A stretch of DNA of 64,000 bases, taken from IMG/VR virus record IMGVR_UViG_3300049005_000030, positions 37,154 through 101,153 of that record. One strand, written 5' to 3'. A program made the position numbers and the translations under genes. Below the pieces are notes generated by a model. The model did no database searches, was not told the DNA's origin, and worked only from the letters and a program-made list of their open reading frames with translations. Source of the DNA: a virus. Below are positions 19,012 through 28,428 of this stretch, piece by piece (the stretch's first letter is position 1; the number at the start of each line of letters is the position of its first letter).

Positions 19012-19785
19012 CTACGGGGCCTTGTTGGTCCACACGGGACAGAGGGAGACGAAGCGGCACGAGCCGCACACCGAGGGTGACGGGGTCGGTGTCCAGACGC
19101 GGTCCGACTCTGCCCGCTCGGCCGTTGACTCCACCCGAGCTAGCGCCTCGATCGCCGCCGACTCGGGAAACTCCACCAACACCTCGCGCGCCGAGATGAT
19201 CGAGTAGAGCCCGGCCGTGACGGTGTGGACCCACGGCCAGCGCTGCGCCACCAACGCCCGGTAGACGCCCAGCTGGTCGTCGTCCAACAGGTCCTCGGCC
19301 GCCGGCAGAGACGACACGTTGCGGTACTTCCAGTCCCGCACATGCACGCTGTCCCGGCCGGTCCGCAGCACCAGGTCGGCCGACACCGCCAGCGGCGTAC
19401 CCCACGGGGCCGGGGCCTTCATGTCCAGTTCGACGCCCAGAATTGCCTTGGGGTGAGGAACGGGCAGTGCGTCCAGCGTGGACGCGACTCTGTCGAGCAC
19501 CGCCGGCAGCGCGGCCTCGTCGGCTGTCTGGATGCCCAGCGCCTCCCACTTCGCGGTGACCGCGTCCAGCGCCTCGCCCTGGTAGCGCGACATCAAACCG
19601 GGCAGGTAGCCGGGAAAGGTCGCCGCCGACCGGTACGCCTGCTCCAACCCGGCGTGCGCGGCCGTGCCGACCAGCAGGTGCGAGGCCATGCGGCTGGTCG
19701 GTGTCGCGCCGTTGACGTGCCGGAACCACCACTGGCGCGGACAGTCCCGATACATCCGCGCCTGCGACGGCGACCACGAACGCAT
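19012..19785 (-). CDS. RecB-like PD-(D/E)XK exonuclease
   Basis: WSPSQ..Y..CPRQW, GTAAH, ADLV...DWK, QL.VY, C-terminal C..C.F...CP. Confidence 0.85.
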   Translation of the reverse strand: MRSWSPSQARMYRDCPRQWWFRHVNGATPTSRMASHLLVGTAAHAGLEQAYRSAATFPGYLPGLMSRYQGEALDAVTAKWEALGIQTADEAALPAVLDRVASTLDALPVPHPKAILGVELDMKAPAPWGTPLAVSADLVLRTGRDSVHVRDWKYRNVSSLPAAEDLLDDDQLGVYRALVAQRWPWVHTVTAGLYSIISAREVLVEFPESAAIEALARVESTAERAESDRVWTPTPSPSVCGSCRFVSLCPVWTNKAP

Positions 19786-20036
19786 CAGCGGAACTCGGAG
19801 GTGTCGGGGGTGATGTCGGCCTGGGCTTCGTTCTGCTCGAACGGCGACTCGTAGGACAGGTTGTCGCCGTCCACGCTGATCTCTCGGATTCTGCCGATGC
19901 CCTTCAGTCGCACGGTGATGATGCTGCGGCCGGACAGCTGCGCCGCACGAGCCTGCGCCACCACCTTCTCCAACTCGTCCAGGTTCATCTGTCCCACGAT
20001 CTTGGGGCTAATGACGATCTTCACGGGTCCTCCCAC
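19785..20036 (-). CDS. Hypothetical protein
   Basis: Operon packing; start uncertain. Confidence 0.45.
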   Translation of the reverse strand: MGGPVKIVISPKIVGQMNLDELEKVVAQARAAQLSGRSIITVRLKGIGRIREISVDGDNLSYESPFEQNEAQADITPDTSEFR

Positions 20037-20248
20037 AGTGTCGTTTGGTTTGGGTCGGGCGGCGCCGGCTTCTTCGGTGGCCGGGGAATGCCGCCGCGCG
20101 CGTCCAGCTCGGCCGCCAACTCGGACTGTGCTTTGAGCAGCCGGGACATATCGTCCGCGCTGTAGTAGACAAACTCCTCAGTGGACAGCGAACGGCAGGC
20201 AGCGGCGGCCCACCTCGCGATGAGTCGCCGTGCCTGCCGTTGATCCAT
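20021..20248 (-). CDS. Hypothetical protein
   Basis: Operon packing. Confidence 0.45.
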   Translation of the reverse strand: MDQRQARRLIARWAAAACRSLSTEEFVYYSADDMSRLLKAQSELAAELDARGGIPRPPKKPAPPDPNQTTLWEDP

Positions 20249-20249
20249 T

Positions 20250-20510
20250 TCAGCTCACCCGGAGCATCTGGTAAGACCAGGTGTCGCCCGGCTCGTTCGG
20301 AAACCGGTTCTCTACCTCGCACTCGTCACGGTCGGCCTGGGTGATGTGGCCGCGTCCGCAGGTCACACACAGGCAGTCGCCGCAGCACAGCTTGCCGTCG
20401 CCGTCGTCGCACACGACGCCATCCAGAATGGGGACGGCCTCGGCCAGCGCCTCGAAGTTCTGGCCGCAGAACGAGCAGTTGGCGGTGGCGCGAACGATGG
20501 TGCGCTGCAT
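20250..20510 (-). CDS. Cys-rich putative zinc-binding protein
   Basis: CxxC, CCxxCxCxxC; RBS GGAGG; first gene after promoter at 20544-20573. Confidence 0.55.
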   Translation of the reverse strand: MQRTIVRATANCSFCGQNFEALAEAVPILDGVVCDDGDGKLCCGDCLCVTCGRGHITQADRDECEVENRFPNEPGDTWSYQMLRVS

Positions 20511-20543
20511 TGGTACCTCCGGGGCTTGAGCGGAACAAGGTGA

Positions 20544-20573
20544 AGCTTAGCCGGCAACAGGGCGGCTAGTCAA
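20544..20573 (-). promoter_or_regulatory. Palindrome promoter copy 1
   Basis: TTGACT-18-TAAGCT; TAGCCG-N9-CGGCTA at 20548-20568. Confidence 0.8.
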
Positions 20574-20843
20574 CTCCCCGTTTCTGGCCAGCCTCGCCAG
20601 CACCGGCCACCGTCCCGCCAGCCGCGCATCCCGGTACCGGGCCAGAAACAACGCCGTGGCCGGATCCGCTTCCTGCTCCGCGCGCGCCCGCTCCATCAGC
20701 TCCCGGAACGAGACCACCTCGCGATACGCCACCACGGCCGCCGCCTGGTCGAGCCCCTCACGGCGTCGGCGCACAGCGCCAACGGTCACCGCGCCACCCG
20801 TCAGCAGCCAGCCGAGAACGGCCGTGGTCAACTCGGCGCTCAC
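20547..20843 (-). CDS. Hypothetical membrane-anchored protein
   Basis: GTGA-coupled; N-terminal hydrophobic stretch. Confidence 0.4.
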   Translation of the reverse strand: MSAELTTAVLGWLLTGGAVTVGAVRRRREGLDQAAAVVAYREVVSFRELMERARAEQEADPATALFLARYRDARLAGRWPVLARLARNGELTSRPVAG

Positions 20844-21595
20844 GCGTGCGGCCATGGCGTGTGCTCGGCCCGCAACAGCCGCGCCGTCACCAGGGCCTCC
20901 ACCACATCGTCGGCGGCGCGGTGTGCGACCAGGGTTGCCAGGTTGAACTCGCCGGGGCCGAGCGCGTCCTTGAGCAGGTGCGTGCACACGTCGTCGATCA
21001 CACCGGCCTGGCAGGCCACCACCTCGAACGGCTGGCCGTTAAGGCCGTACTGCAACACCGGCGTCTGGATGCCCAGCACACGGGCGGCCACCGAGACGTC
21101 GTGCTGAAAGTAGGCCACCTTAAACATCGGGTTCGGATCGTCGACCATGTCAAAACCCATCACACGGTGAGCCGCCAGCACACGGTTGTCGAAGTGGCTC
21201 ACGCCCCGGCCGCACAGCACGATGCGGCACTTGTCGGTGGTGCTAGAGATCTGGTCGGCCGCCTCTTCGAAATCGTCGGCGATCAGCCGGTGCAGTTCGG
21301 CGGCGTGCCCCAGGCGACTGGTGTGGGGAGCACTCAGCCACTGATCCCGGAGTCCGGACGCGTGATGCATGTCGCGGACGACGGGCTTCAGATTGATCCA
21401 GTCCACGAGCCTGCCCTGAAAAGCGGGCAGCGCCTCGGCGCCGCGCCTGGGCAGCAGATTGGTGTAGCGGCTGCGCAGCGGCGTCACCATGGACAGCTCG
21501 CTGGTGGTGAAACACCAGGCGCATTCCAGCACGGTGTCCGCGTCGGGGTCCAGGCCGGTCGTCTCGAAGTCGAGCCACAGGAAAAGGTCAGGCAC
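20840..21595 (-). CDS. Oligoribonuclease-like DEDD exonuclease
   Basis: LWLDFETTGLDP....LE, MHHASGL, G.GV.HFD, HRAADDV resemble Orn motifs. Confidence 0.7.
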   Translation of the reverse strand: MPDLFLWLDFETTGLDPDADTVLECAWCFTTSELSMVTPLRSRYTNLLPRRGAEALPAFQGRLVDWINLKPVVRDMHHASGLRDQWLSAPHTSRLGHAAELHRLIADDFEEAADQISSTTDKCRIVLCGRGVSHFDNRVLAAHRVMGFDMVDDPNPMFKVAYFQHDVSVAARVLGIQTPVLQYGLNGQPFEVVACQAGVIDDVCTHLLKDALGPGEFNLATLVAHRAADDVVEALVTARLLRAEHTPWPHA

Positions 21596-21902
21596 GCGAT
21601 CGGGTCCTTTCGGGGTCGGACGGCACGATCTCGTGGTGGCGCTGTTCGATGTCGAACAGCCACGGCCGCACCATCGTGGTCAGGCGGACCACACCCCTTG
21701 TGGCGATCATGAAGGCCGACCACAGCGACAGCACGATGGTGCCCAGCATCATCAGCGGGTTGACGCCGGTGATCGGCGCGACCAGCGCGTAGATGGCAAG
21801 GCCCAGGCCGACGGCCAGAGCGGAGGCCAGGACTCCGGCGACGATGTCCAGTCGGTCGTTGCCGGGGTGGCGGCCGCCGCGTGAAGCGGTCATGCGCGTC
21901 AT
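21588..21902 (-). CDS. Two-TM membrane protein
   Basis: RBS GAGGGAG, two hydrophobic segments. Confidence 0.5.
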   Translation of the reverse strand: MTRMTASRGGRHPGNDRLDIVAGVLASALAVGLGLAIYALVAPITGVNPLMMLGTIVLSLWSAFMIATRGVVRLTTMVRPWLFDIEQRHHEIVPSDPERTRSRA

Positions 21903-21936
21903 GGAGTTGTCTCCCTCGGGTTGCGGAACCAGGGGT

Positions 21937-21966
21937 AAATTAGCCGACTCCACGGCGGCTTGTCAA
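21937..21966 (-). promoter_or_regulatory. Palindrome promoter copy 2
   Basis: TTGACA-18-TAATTT. Confidence 0.78.
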
Positions 21967-22802
21967 CGTCGACGCATCCCCTTGGGGAGTGAACGGCGGC
22001 GCGGAGTCTTGGTGAAATGCTCCGGTACCGCCAGGTCGCCCGGGTAGGGCGGATCGTCCGGCCACCGGCGCGGATCCGCCGTCTCGCCCGCCTTCACGCA
22101 CTCCTGGCACCGACCGGCCACCGTCACGCACCCCGGCCAGGACAGCCGGTCGCAGCCGGCGCACTTCCCCCACTCCGACCGCCGCGACGACCATGCCCAG
22201 CGCGGGCTGCCCGGCGTCGGCGCGTCGCCCCAGGCGTCGCTGCACGCGCCGTCCGGGCCGACCACCACCGCGCCGACCGCGAACGTGCCGCCGATGGCCA
22301 CCGGGTAGCCGCGCCCGGCGATCAGCTCCCACGAGCGGCACACCTTCCGGGCGTGCGCCTCGTTCGTTCCCGCCGGCACCGCGAGATGCCCCAGGTTCGT
22401 CTCGGCCAGCGCCACCCACGGCGCGCCCTCCGGCATCCCGGCAACGAAGTACGGCGACCCCGCGCCGGCCGGATACCGCGCGTCCGGGGACAGCGGGGCG
22501 ACCTGGGTGGCCTCCACCGCCGCGCGGCGGCGGCCGTAGGCGCCTCGGCCGGCCGCCTTCAGCGTCACCGGCTCGTGCTCGGGTTCCTCCCCCGCCAGCA
22601 CCGCGCGCCAGTGATCGAACAGCCGGCCCACGCACGCCTCGTGCAGCGGGTACAGCTGGCCGTCGGCGGCGTGCCAGTGCCATGCGGTGCGGTGGCAGGC
22701 GCAGCACGGTGCGGCCAGCCCGTGCCGCAGTCCCTTCACCACGTCCAGCGCCAGCACCGCCAGCGTGCCGGCATCGTCTTGGGGGACAGTCGGCCACGCC
22801 AT
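21963..22802 (-). CDS. Cys/His-rich hypothetical protein
   Basis: CCACH, LHEAC, CAGC, CQEC; coupled to primase stop. Confidence 0.5.
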   Translation of the reverse strand: MAWPTVPQDDAGTLAVLALDVVKGLRHGLAAPCCACHRTAWHWHAADGQLYPLHEACVGRLFDHWRAVLAGEEPEHEPVTLKAAGRGAYGRRRAAVEATQVAPLSPDARYPAGAGSPYFVAGMPEGAPWVALAETNLGHLAVPAGTNEAHARKVCRSWELIAGRGYPVAIGGTFAVGAVVVGPDGACSDAWGDAPTPGSPRWAWSSRRSEWGKCAGCDRLSWPGCVTVAGRCQECVKAGETADPRRWPDDPPYPGDLAVPEHFTKTPRRRSLPKGMRRR

Positions 22803-25087
22803 CAGCCCACCGTCCGATCCGCGCCCAGCGACACGCCACCCTTGGCCGGGTCGTCGACCGCGTGCAGGCCGCGCTTCCCTATCGTGCGCTCGTAGGACGG
22901 GCGTATCATCTCGATAATCGCAGCCCATTCGGCTTTTGAGAACTGCCCAGCATCCACCTTGTACCAGGTACGTCGGCTGGACATTCCGGGCGTAGAGATA
23001 CGTATGCGCTCCGGATTCAGCCGCAAAAGGTCGATAATGTCCACACTGTTACGTCCGATTACGGCACCGGCCTGCGATCTACAATAGGCGAGAAACACCT
23101 TTTTGTTGATATAGATATCCGGCGGCGTAGCGGGAAGCCAGTTGTTGGTCTCGCGGATCCACGGCTTGCCGAGCGAGCCGACCTCGTTGGGCTCACCGGT
23201 GCCGTGGATGTCCATCAGGTAGCTGAACAGCCACTCATGCGCGAAGTGGGCCAGGTCGCCCTCGGAGGAGTCGCGACGGATGACGGTCCCCAGGGTGCGA
23301 ATGCACTGCTTCCAGTCCTCTTTGGGCCCATCCTCGCGAGCGATGATCATAATGTCGCGCTGGATGGCCTTGATAAACCCCCCAGGGCTGTCGAACATGT
23401 CACGACGCCACCACTCGGTCGGCAACAACCGACCGGGCCGGTAACGGCTGGGCCGGTCAGTCGGCCACTCCATGTCTATCGGCATCCGCAGCAGCAATCG
23501 AACAAGCTGGTTCGAACCGTAGTCCCGTCCTTCGAAGCGCCAGACTCGCACACCGCGCTGAATATATGCCTTGTCGATCAGAAGGTCAGTCAAAATGTCG
23601 AGGTTCGCGGCTTCCAGGCTGGTGCGCTCCGGGAACGCCTCGAACGGATTGCCGGGATCGGCGTCCGGGGCGACCGGGGTGGGCGGCGGCGCCACTCCGA
23701 TCGCGTCGGCGACCACGACCTGTTCGGCGGCGATCGCGGCCTTGACCTCGGCGGGCTGGACGTCCTCGATCAGCTCGGCGGTGAACGCGGCGAACACGGC
23801 CTCAGCCTCGGCCGGGTCGCCGTGTCCGTTGGCGATCGCCATCACCGGCTCCGGCCGCACCTGCGCCGGCACCGCCAAGGTCAGCCCGGCCGCCCCGGTG
23901 ATGCGCTGGTCAGCCTGGTCTCGGACGGCGGCCGCGTGCGCGGCGGTGGCCTGAAACTTGGCCACCGTCCGCGTGATGTAGTCCAGCCGTCGGCGCGGGT
24001 CCACCTTGTCGGTGTTGGCCCCGGCGGTGCGCAGCCGGCGGCACATGACGGCCTCGATCAGGGCTTCGGTGTCCACCCCGTCGAACTCGCCCAGCAGCCT
24101 GGTCAGCGCCGCGTCGTAGCGGTTCTGGTCGTCCTTGAGGTCGGGGCGCTGCCCCTGCCAGGTGGCGATCAGCTTCTTGCCGACGTCATCGGCCTCGGCG
24201 GCCAACGCCAGGATCTCGGCCAGCCACGGCGGCGTGTAGTCGGCCGCCTTGTAGGTGGGTGAGGTGACCCGCGCCCACACGGCCGCGAAGTTGACGGCCT
24301 TGACCATCTCGCGCTCAACCTCGGACAGCGTCGCCGAGGTCTGGCCGAGCACGGGCGTGGAGTAGGCGGCCAGCACCGAGGCGTCGGGCAGGTACTCGTC
24401 GAAGTCGTCCGGGTCGTAGCGGGCATCCTCGTCCAGCCGCAGGATCTCCACCCGGCGCGGGTTGTCGGAGATCTTGCGGTTGGTGGTGCCGGCCGGGCGC
24501 ATCAGCCGCGCCAGGTCGAACACCGAGTCGACTTTCCAGCGGCCCAAGGTCTCGGCGTGGAACCTCGCGGTCGCGTTCCACTCGGCCACCAGGGCGGCCA
24601 TGCGCGCGCGCTCGGCGTCCGGGTCGGCGGCGTCGCGGGTCAGCCACGGCTCCCGCAGCAGCCACCACACCTGCAACCCGCCACCGGAGTGCACCACCAT
24701 CGTCGGCGGCAACCGCATCGCGTCCACGATGCGCAGCGCCGACTCGACCGTGGCCGGATAGTGCTCACCCGCGTGGCCGGGCCCCAGGATGTCGATGTCC
24801 AGCCACAGGCCGGTAATGCCGGCGATCTCGTCGGCACGCGGCCTGGTCTTGTCCTCGCCCACGCGGTCGGACAGTCCCGTTCCCACGTAGACGGCGGTGG
24901 TTCCCTCGCGCTCGTCCAGTTCGGCGATGAGAGACGCAACGGCGCCGGGCTGATCCGCCCGGCGCCACTGCGTCCGCTTGCTCGATAGTTCCCAAACCGT
25001 CGCATACAGACCCGACAGCCGGTCATCGCCATCGTGCCCGCCGAACAGTGCCGAGCAGAACCGGGTGGCCTGCTCGGCGCGGCTCAT
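22802..25087 (-). CDS. RepB-like (AEP superfamily) primase / replication protein
   Basis: LWLDID, PTMVVHSGGGLQVWW, DLARLMRPAGTTN.K motifs. Confidence 0.8.
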   Translation of the reverse strand: MSRAEQATRFCSALFGGHDGDDRLSGLYATVWELSSKRTQWRRADQPGAVASLIAELDEREGTTAVYVGTGLSDRVGEDKTRPRADEIAGITGLWLDIDILGPGHAGEHYPATVESALRIVDAMRLPPTMVVHSGGGLQVWWLLREPWLTRDAADPDAERARMAALVAEWNATARFHAETLGRWKVDSVFDLARLMRPAGTTNRKISDNPRRVEILRLDEDARYDPDDFDEYLPDASVLAAYSTPVLGQTSATLSEVEREMVKAVNFAAVWARVTSPTYKAADYTPPWLAEILALAAEADDVGKKLIATWQGQRPDLKDDQNRYDAALTRLLGEFDGVDTEALIEAVMCRRLRTAGANTDKVDPRRRLDYITRTVAKFQATAAHAAAVRDQADQRITGAAGLTLAVPAQVRPEPVMAIANGHGDPAEAEAVFAAFTAELIEDVQPAEVKAAIAAEQVVVADAIGVAPPPTPVAPDADPGNPFEAFPERTSLEAANLDILTDLLIDKAYIQRGVRVWRFEGRDYGSNQLVRLLLRMPIDMEWPTDRPSRYRPGRLLPTEWWRRDMFDSPGGFIKAIQRDIMIIAREDGPKEDWKQCIRTLGTVIRRDSSEGDLAHFAHEWLFSYLMDIHGTGEPNEVGSLGKPWIRETNNWLPATPPDIYINKKVFLAYCRSQAGAVIGRNSVDIIDLLRLNPERIRISTPGMSSRRTWYKVDAGQFSKAEWAAIIEMIRPSYERTIGKRGLHAVDDPAKGGVSLGADRTVG

Positions 25088-25995
25088 GCGGTCGTGACCA
25101 CCTCGTCGTCATCCAGCGAGATGCCGGCCTCGGCCGCCACCGTGCCGGACCCGTTGACACCGCCGGTCTCGGCGGCGACCTCTTCGGCGGCGGCCTGGGT
25201 GGCCACGCTGTTGAGGATGGGCAGCATCAGGTTGCCGACCTCGATGGCGACCTGCTTGGCGGCCTTGCCCAGGTCCTCGCCCTGGGTGAACACGATGGTG
25301 TAGAAGGCGGGGACGCCCTCCTTCTTGACCTTCACCAGCGTCAGCTCGGTGACGACCTGGGCAACGCCCTTGAGCCGCTTGAACAGCGTGGCCCGGTAGT
25401 TCTTCAGAGCCTTCAGCGAAGTGCGCGGCACCTGGACGAACCAGGGGAACGCCTCGCCCTCGACCATGAGCAGCACGGCGGTCTGGTCCTTGCAGGCCGG
25501 CGGGATCCGCTCGCCGTTGGGGCCGTCGTTCCACTGGCCCATCGGACAGTCGACGCACAGACCGGAGGGGTTGCCCTCGCTGTCCTTGGCGTACAGGCCG
25601 ATACCGGTCACCCCGTCACGGCTGAAGCAGTCGGGGGCCGCGCCGGTGACCTCGGCGGACTCCCAGTAGTTCTTCCGCTCCTGCCAGGCGACGATGACGC
25701 CCTTGAGCAGCTTCTCCGCCGTGGTGTCGTCGCCGTCGACGACGGAGAACATGGCCGCGCCGTCGCCGCTGGGGACCTTGACCCGGGTCAGGTTGCTGAC
25801 CGACAGGTTCTCGCCCTCGCGGAAGTTCTCCGCCAGCAGCTCGGTCATCTCGCCGGCCATCTCCGGGTCGAGCGCCGGAAAGCGTTCGATGATGTCGGCC
25901 GGCACGGTGCCCGGGTCGCGGCGGGCCACGGCGGTGGTGGTGGGCGTGCCGCCGGTGGGCGGCGCGGCCACGGTGTCGATCGGGAACTCAGTCAT
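25084..25995 (-). CDS. Replication protein, possible ssDNA-binding/annealing protein
   Basis: PDCFS.DG, C..CP...W, CK, PRTSLK motifs and acidic C-terminal tail; precedes primase. Confidence 0.5.
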   Translation of the reverse strand: MTEFPIDTVAAPPTGGTPTTTAVARRDPGTVPADIIERFPALDPEMAGEMTELLAENFREGENLSVSNLTRVKVPSGDGAAMFSVVDGDDTTAEKLLKGVIVAWQERKNYWESAEVTGAAPDCFSRDGVTGIGLYAKDSEGNPSGLCVDCPMGQWNDGPNGERIPPACKDQTAVLLMVEGEAFPWFVQVPRTSLKALKNYRATLFKRLKGVAQVVTELTLVKVKKEGVPAFYTIVFTQGEDLGKAAKQVAIEVGNLMLPILNSVATQAAAEEVAAETGGVNGSGTVAAEAGISLDDDEVVTTA

Positions 25996-26175
25996 GATGG
26001 GGATGCCTCTCCTGTTCTGGTTGTGCATGGACCGTCTGGGTGATCATCGCGTCGTCTGCGATGTCGATCACCAGGCGCTAGGGTCCGGGCGCCGGTCGAG
26101 CCTAGCCCCGGAAACCGGTGGCCCCGGCCCGCGCCACGCGAGGCGGGCGCGTCACGGACTGGAAACCCCGGGGTC

Positions 26176-26895
26176 CTACTTGCGCCGCCTCACCTTCGGC
26201 GCGCCGACACGAACGGTGGGCTTCTCGCCGAGCTCCACAATGCCCGCGAGCACCGCCGGCAGATCCTCGTCACGATCCCGGTACTCGCGCAGGATCGCGC
26301 CCAGAGTCTGGTAGTTGACCGTCTCCGGCTGGATCTGGTGCGCCCGGCCGATGGCGCGCAACGCAGCCACCGCGTCAGCGGCGGTGTACTTCTCGCCGGG
26401 GGCCTTCTCCAGGTAATTGGCGTAGGTCGCGGCGTGGATGTAGACGCTGCGGCCATCGACCTCGGTGGTGCGCGAGCCGGACCGCTGGAACTGCGGCAGC
26501 AGCAGGTCGGAAAGCTGCTTCTCGCGGGCCTTGAGGTCGGCCACCTCGCCCTCGCGGGCCTTGATGGCGTCCTGCACCCGGGCCAGCTCACGGGCCAGGT
26601 CGGGATCGATGCCGACCACGTCCGGCGTGGGGGCCGGGACGATCAGCTGAAACGTGTCCTCAGGCTGGAAGGTCGACGCGGTGTTGAAGGTGCGGCCCGG
26701 CTCGCGAATCGTGACGTGCACCGTGTTGGTGACGGGCAGCTGCATCCAGCCGATGACCACGCCGGTGGCTCCGTGGGGCGTGACGATGGTCGCCCCGACC
26801 ATGCTGTCCGGGTCGACCTCGCCGATGACCCGAGAGTTCGGATCGACGATCGGGGTGTCGGGGTCGAATGCGGCCAGCGCGTCGGGTGTGGTCAC
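26176..26895 (-). CDS. Hypothetical replication-region protein
   Basis: RBS GGAGG; coiled coil then VNYQTL.A..RE motif. Confidence 0.55.
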   Translation of the reverse strand: MTTPDALAAFDPDTPIVDPNSRVIGEVDPDSMVGATIVTPHGATGVVIGWMQLPVTNTVHVTIREPGRTFNTASTFQPEDTFQLIVPAPTPDVVGIDPDLARELARVQDAIKAREGEVADLKAREKQLSDLLLPQFQRSGSRTTEVDGRSVYIHAATYANYLEKAPGEKYTAADAVAALRAIGRAHQIQPETVNYQTLGAILREYRDRDEDLPAVLAGIVELGEKPTVRVGAPKVRRRK

Positions 26896-26928
26896 GATTT
26901 CCTCCGAGGATCGGGAACGACTATGGGA

Positions 26929-26958
26929 ACCTTAGCCGGTCTATCATCGGCTAGTCAA
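26929..26958 (-). promoter_or_regulatory. Palindrome promoter copy 3
   Basis: TTGACT-18-TAAGGT. Confidence 0.8.
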
Positions 26959-27259
26959 CCCGAGTTGTCCCCTCCCACTCGGCCAATGTGGACAGTCCCA
27001 GCGGCGTCAGGTCGACCGGCCCCGGACGCTCCTCGACCTGCCGGGGCGCGATCAACTTCGCCGAGCGCAGCTCGGCCATCGTGCGCCGCGCGGGCCCCGT
27101 CAGCTGCACAACGCCCTGTTCCAGGTCGTTCAGGTGGTAGGCGCCCGCCAGGTCGTCATAGGTCACGCGAGCGTCCCGCACCTGGTGCAGGGCCTGCACA
27201 CGGGCCAGCGTCTTGACGGGAACCTCCGGTGCGTCCTGGTCGGTGTCTGCCACGGCCAA
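26951..27259 (-). CDS. Hypothetical protein, possibly winged-helix-like
   Basis: RBS GAGGAG; LTPLG...LAEW ending. Confidence 0.5.
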   Translation of the reverse strand: MAVADTDQDAPEVPVKTLARVQALHQVRDARVTYDDLAGAYHLNDLEQGVVQLTGPARRTMAELRSAKLIAPRQVEERPGPVDLTPLGLSTLAEWEGTTRVD

Positions 27260-27289
27260 CTCCTCAAATTGGGGGAAAAGGGTACTGGA

Positions 27290-27319
27290 ATCTTAACCGG
27301 CAACATGGCGGCTACGAAA
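27290..27319 (-). promoter_or_regulatory. Palindrome promoter copy 4
   Basis: TTTCGT-18-TAAGAT; TAGCCG-N9-CGGTTA. Confidence 0.65.
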
Positions 27320-27322
27320 CAG

Positions 27323-27523
27323 TCATGATCGGCGATTCGCCCGCTGCCGGCGGTTCTCCCGAGCCTGCCGCGTGGTCACGATGAACCGGTGGCAGCGCGG
27401 ACAGCCCTCCGACGCCCAGCCCTTGTCCCGGGCGCCGCCCGTGCCCGCCTTCACCCGCTTGTCGAACGCGGCCGCATCGGCATCGGCGCGACTGTCGTAG
27501 GTCGCGACGTGGCGACAACTCAC
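27323..27523 (-). CDS. Small Zn-ribbon-like protein
   Basis: C...CPRC; GTGA-coupled. Confidence 0.45.
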   Translation of the reverse strand: MSCRHVATYDSRADADAAAFDKRVKAGTGGARDKGWASEGCPRCHRFIVTTRQARENRRQRANRRS

Positions 27524-28161
27524 GACAACCCCCTGACCAGCTCGCGCACCTCGTCGATGTGCGCCGGAACGCAGTCCCAGGCGTCCATGCCGACGTGCAC
27601 CATGCGGTCGCCAACCTGCTCACCCGAGTGCGTGTGGCCGTGGACCAGCACCGGCGCCGGCTTGCCGCGCGGCCGCCTGGGCCGGAACTCGTGGAACCGA
27701 TCGGAGCCCTGGGTGTCGCCCTCGTACGGGAAGTGCGACAGCAGCACCGGCTCCAGACCGAACCCCAGGGGAATCTGCACGTGCACGGACTTGCGCGGGT
27801 GCAGCTGGAAGTTGCGCGAGGTGTGCACGGCGACGAAGCCGGCCGCCCGGTACCGCGCCACCCAGCCGTCGACCGCCTTCGGGTCGTGGTGGCCGTAGCC
27901 GGCGAACGTACGATCGTGGTTGCCGCTGATCAGGTGCTTGCGCCCGTGCAGCCGGGAGACCAGTCCCAGCGAGTAGTCCATTTCCCCCATGGCCATGTCG
28001 CCCAGGCACCACACCATGTCGTTCGGTCTGATCATCTGGTTCCAGGCGTCGACGATCGCGGCGTCCATCTCATCGCTGTCGACGAACGGCCGGCCGGCCA
28101 GCTCGGGGATGCGCTTGTGCCCCAGGTGCGCGTCTGCGGTGAACCAGATCTCGGGTATCAC
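27520..28161 (-). CDS. Calcineurin-like metallophosphoesterase
   Basis: DAHLGH, LGD, GNHD, SHFP, HGHTH. Confidence 0.9.
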   Translation of the reverse strand: MIPEIWFTADAHLGHKRIPELAGRPFVDSDEMDAAIVDAWNQMIRPNDMVWCLGDMAMGEMDYSLGLVSRLHGRKHLISGNHDRTFAGYGHHDPKAVDGWVARYRAAGFVAVHTSRNFQLHPRKSVHVQIPLGFGLEPVLLSHFPYEGDTQGSDRFHEFRPRRPRGKPAPVLVHGHTHSGEQVGDRMVHVGMDAWDCVPAHIDEVRELVRGLS

Positions 28162-28307
28162 TCGTCCTCCACGACGTGGCCCTTGGCTCTGAGTGCGGCC
28201 GAGTCAGCGGGGGCGGACGGGAACGCGTAGTCGTCCCATTCGCTGGTCTCGTTCTTCACCGGCTGCACCTCCTTGGTCTTGCCGGTGGCGCGGTTGACGA
28301 TCCTCAC
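28158..28307 (-). CDS. Small hypothetical protein (49 aa, below ORF track cutoff)
   Basis: RBS GAGGAAGG, GTG start, coupled to phosphoesterase. Confidence 0.4.
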   Translation of the reverse strand: MRIVNRATGKTKEVQPVKNETSEWDDYAFPSAPADSAALRAKGHVVEDE

Positions 28308-28342
28308 CTGGTCTTCCTTCCTCGTTGGCTGCCCACCCTTTT

Positions 28343-28372
28343 AAGCTAGCCGCCGCTACACCGGCTTGTCAA
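28343..28372 (-). promoter_or_regulatory. Palindrome promoter copy 5
   Basis: TTGACA-18-TAGCTT. Confidence 0.8.
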
Positions 28373-28381
28373 TAAAAAGCA

Positions 28382-28414
28382 CCGAGGGTGTGTCCACTTG
28401 GAACACACCCTCGG
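28382..28414. terminator. Intrinsic terminator-like hairpin
   Basis: CCGAGGGTGTG...CACACCCTCGG followed by a T-run on the - strand. Confidence 0.65.
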
Positions 28415-28428
28415 CAGGGACTTTTAGG

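Noticed and set aside
19012-19785. Cas4 call
   Set aside because: Cys pattern is shared with phage RecB-like nucleases; no CRISPR context
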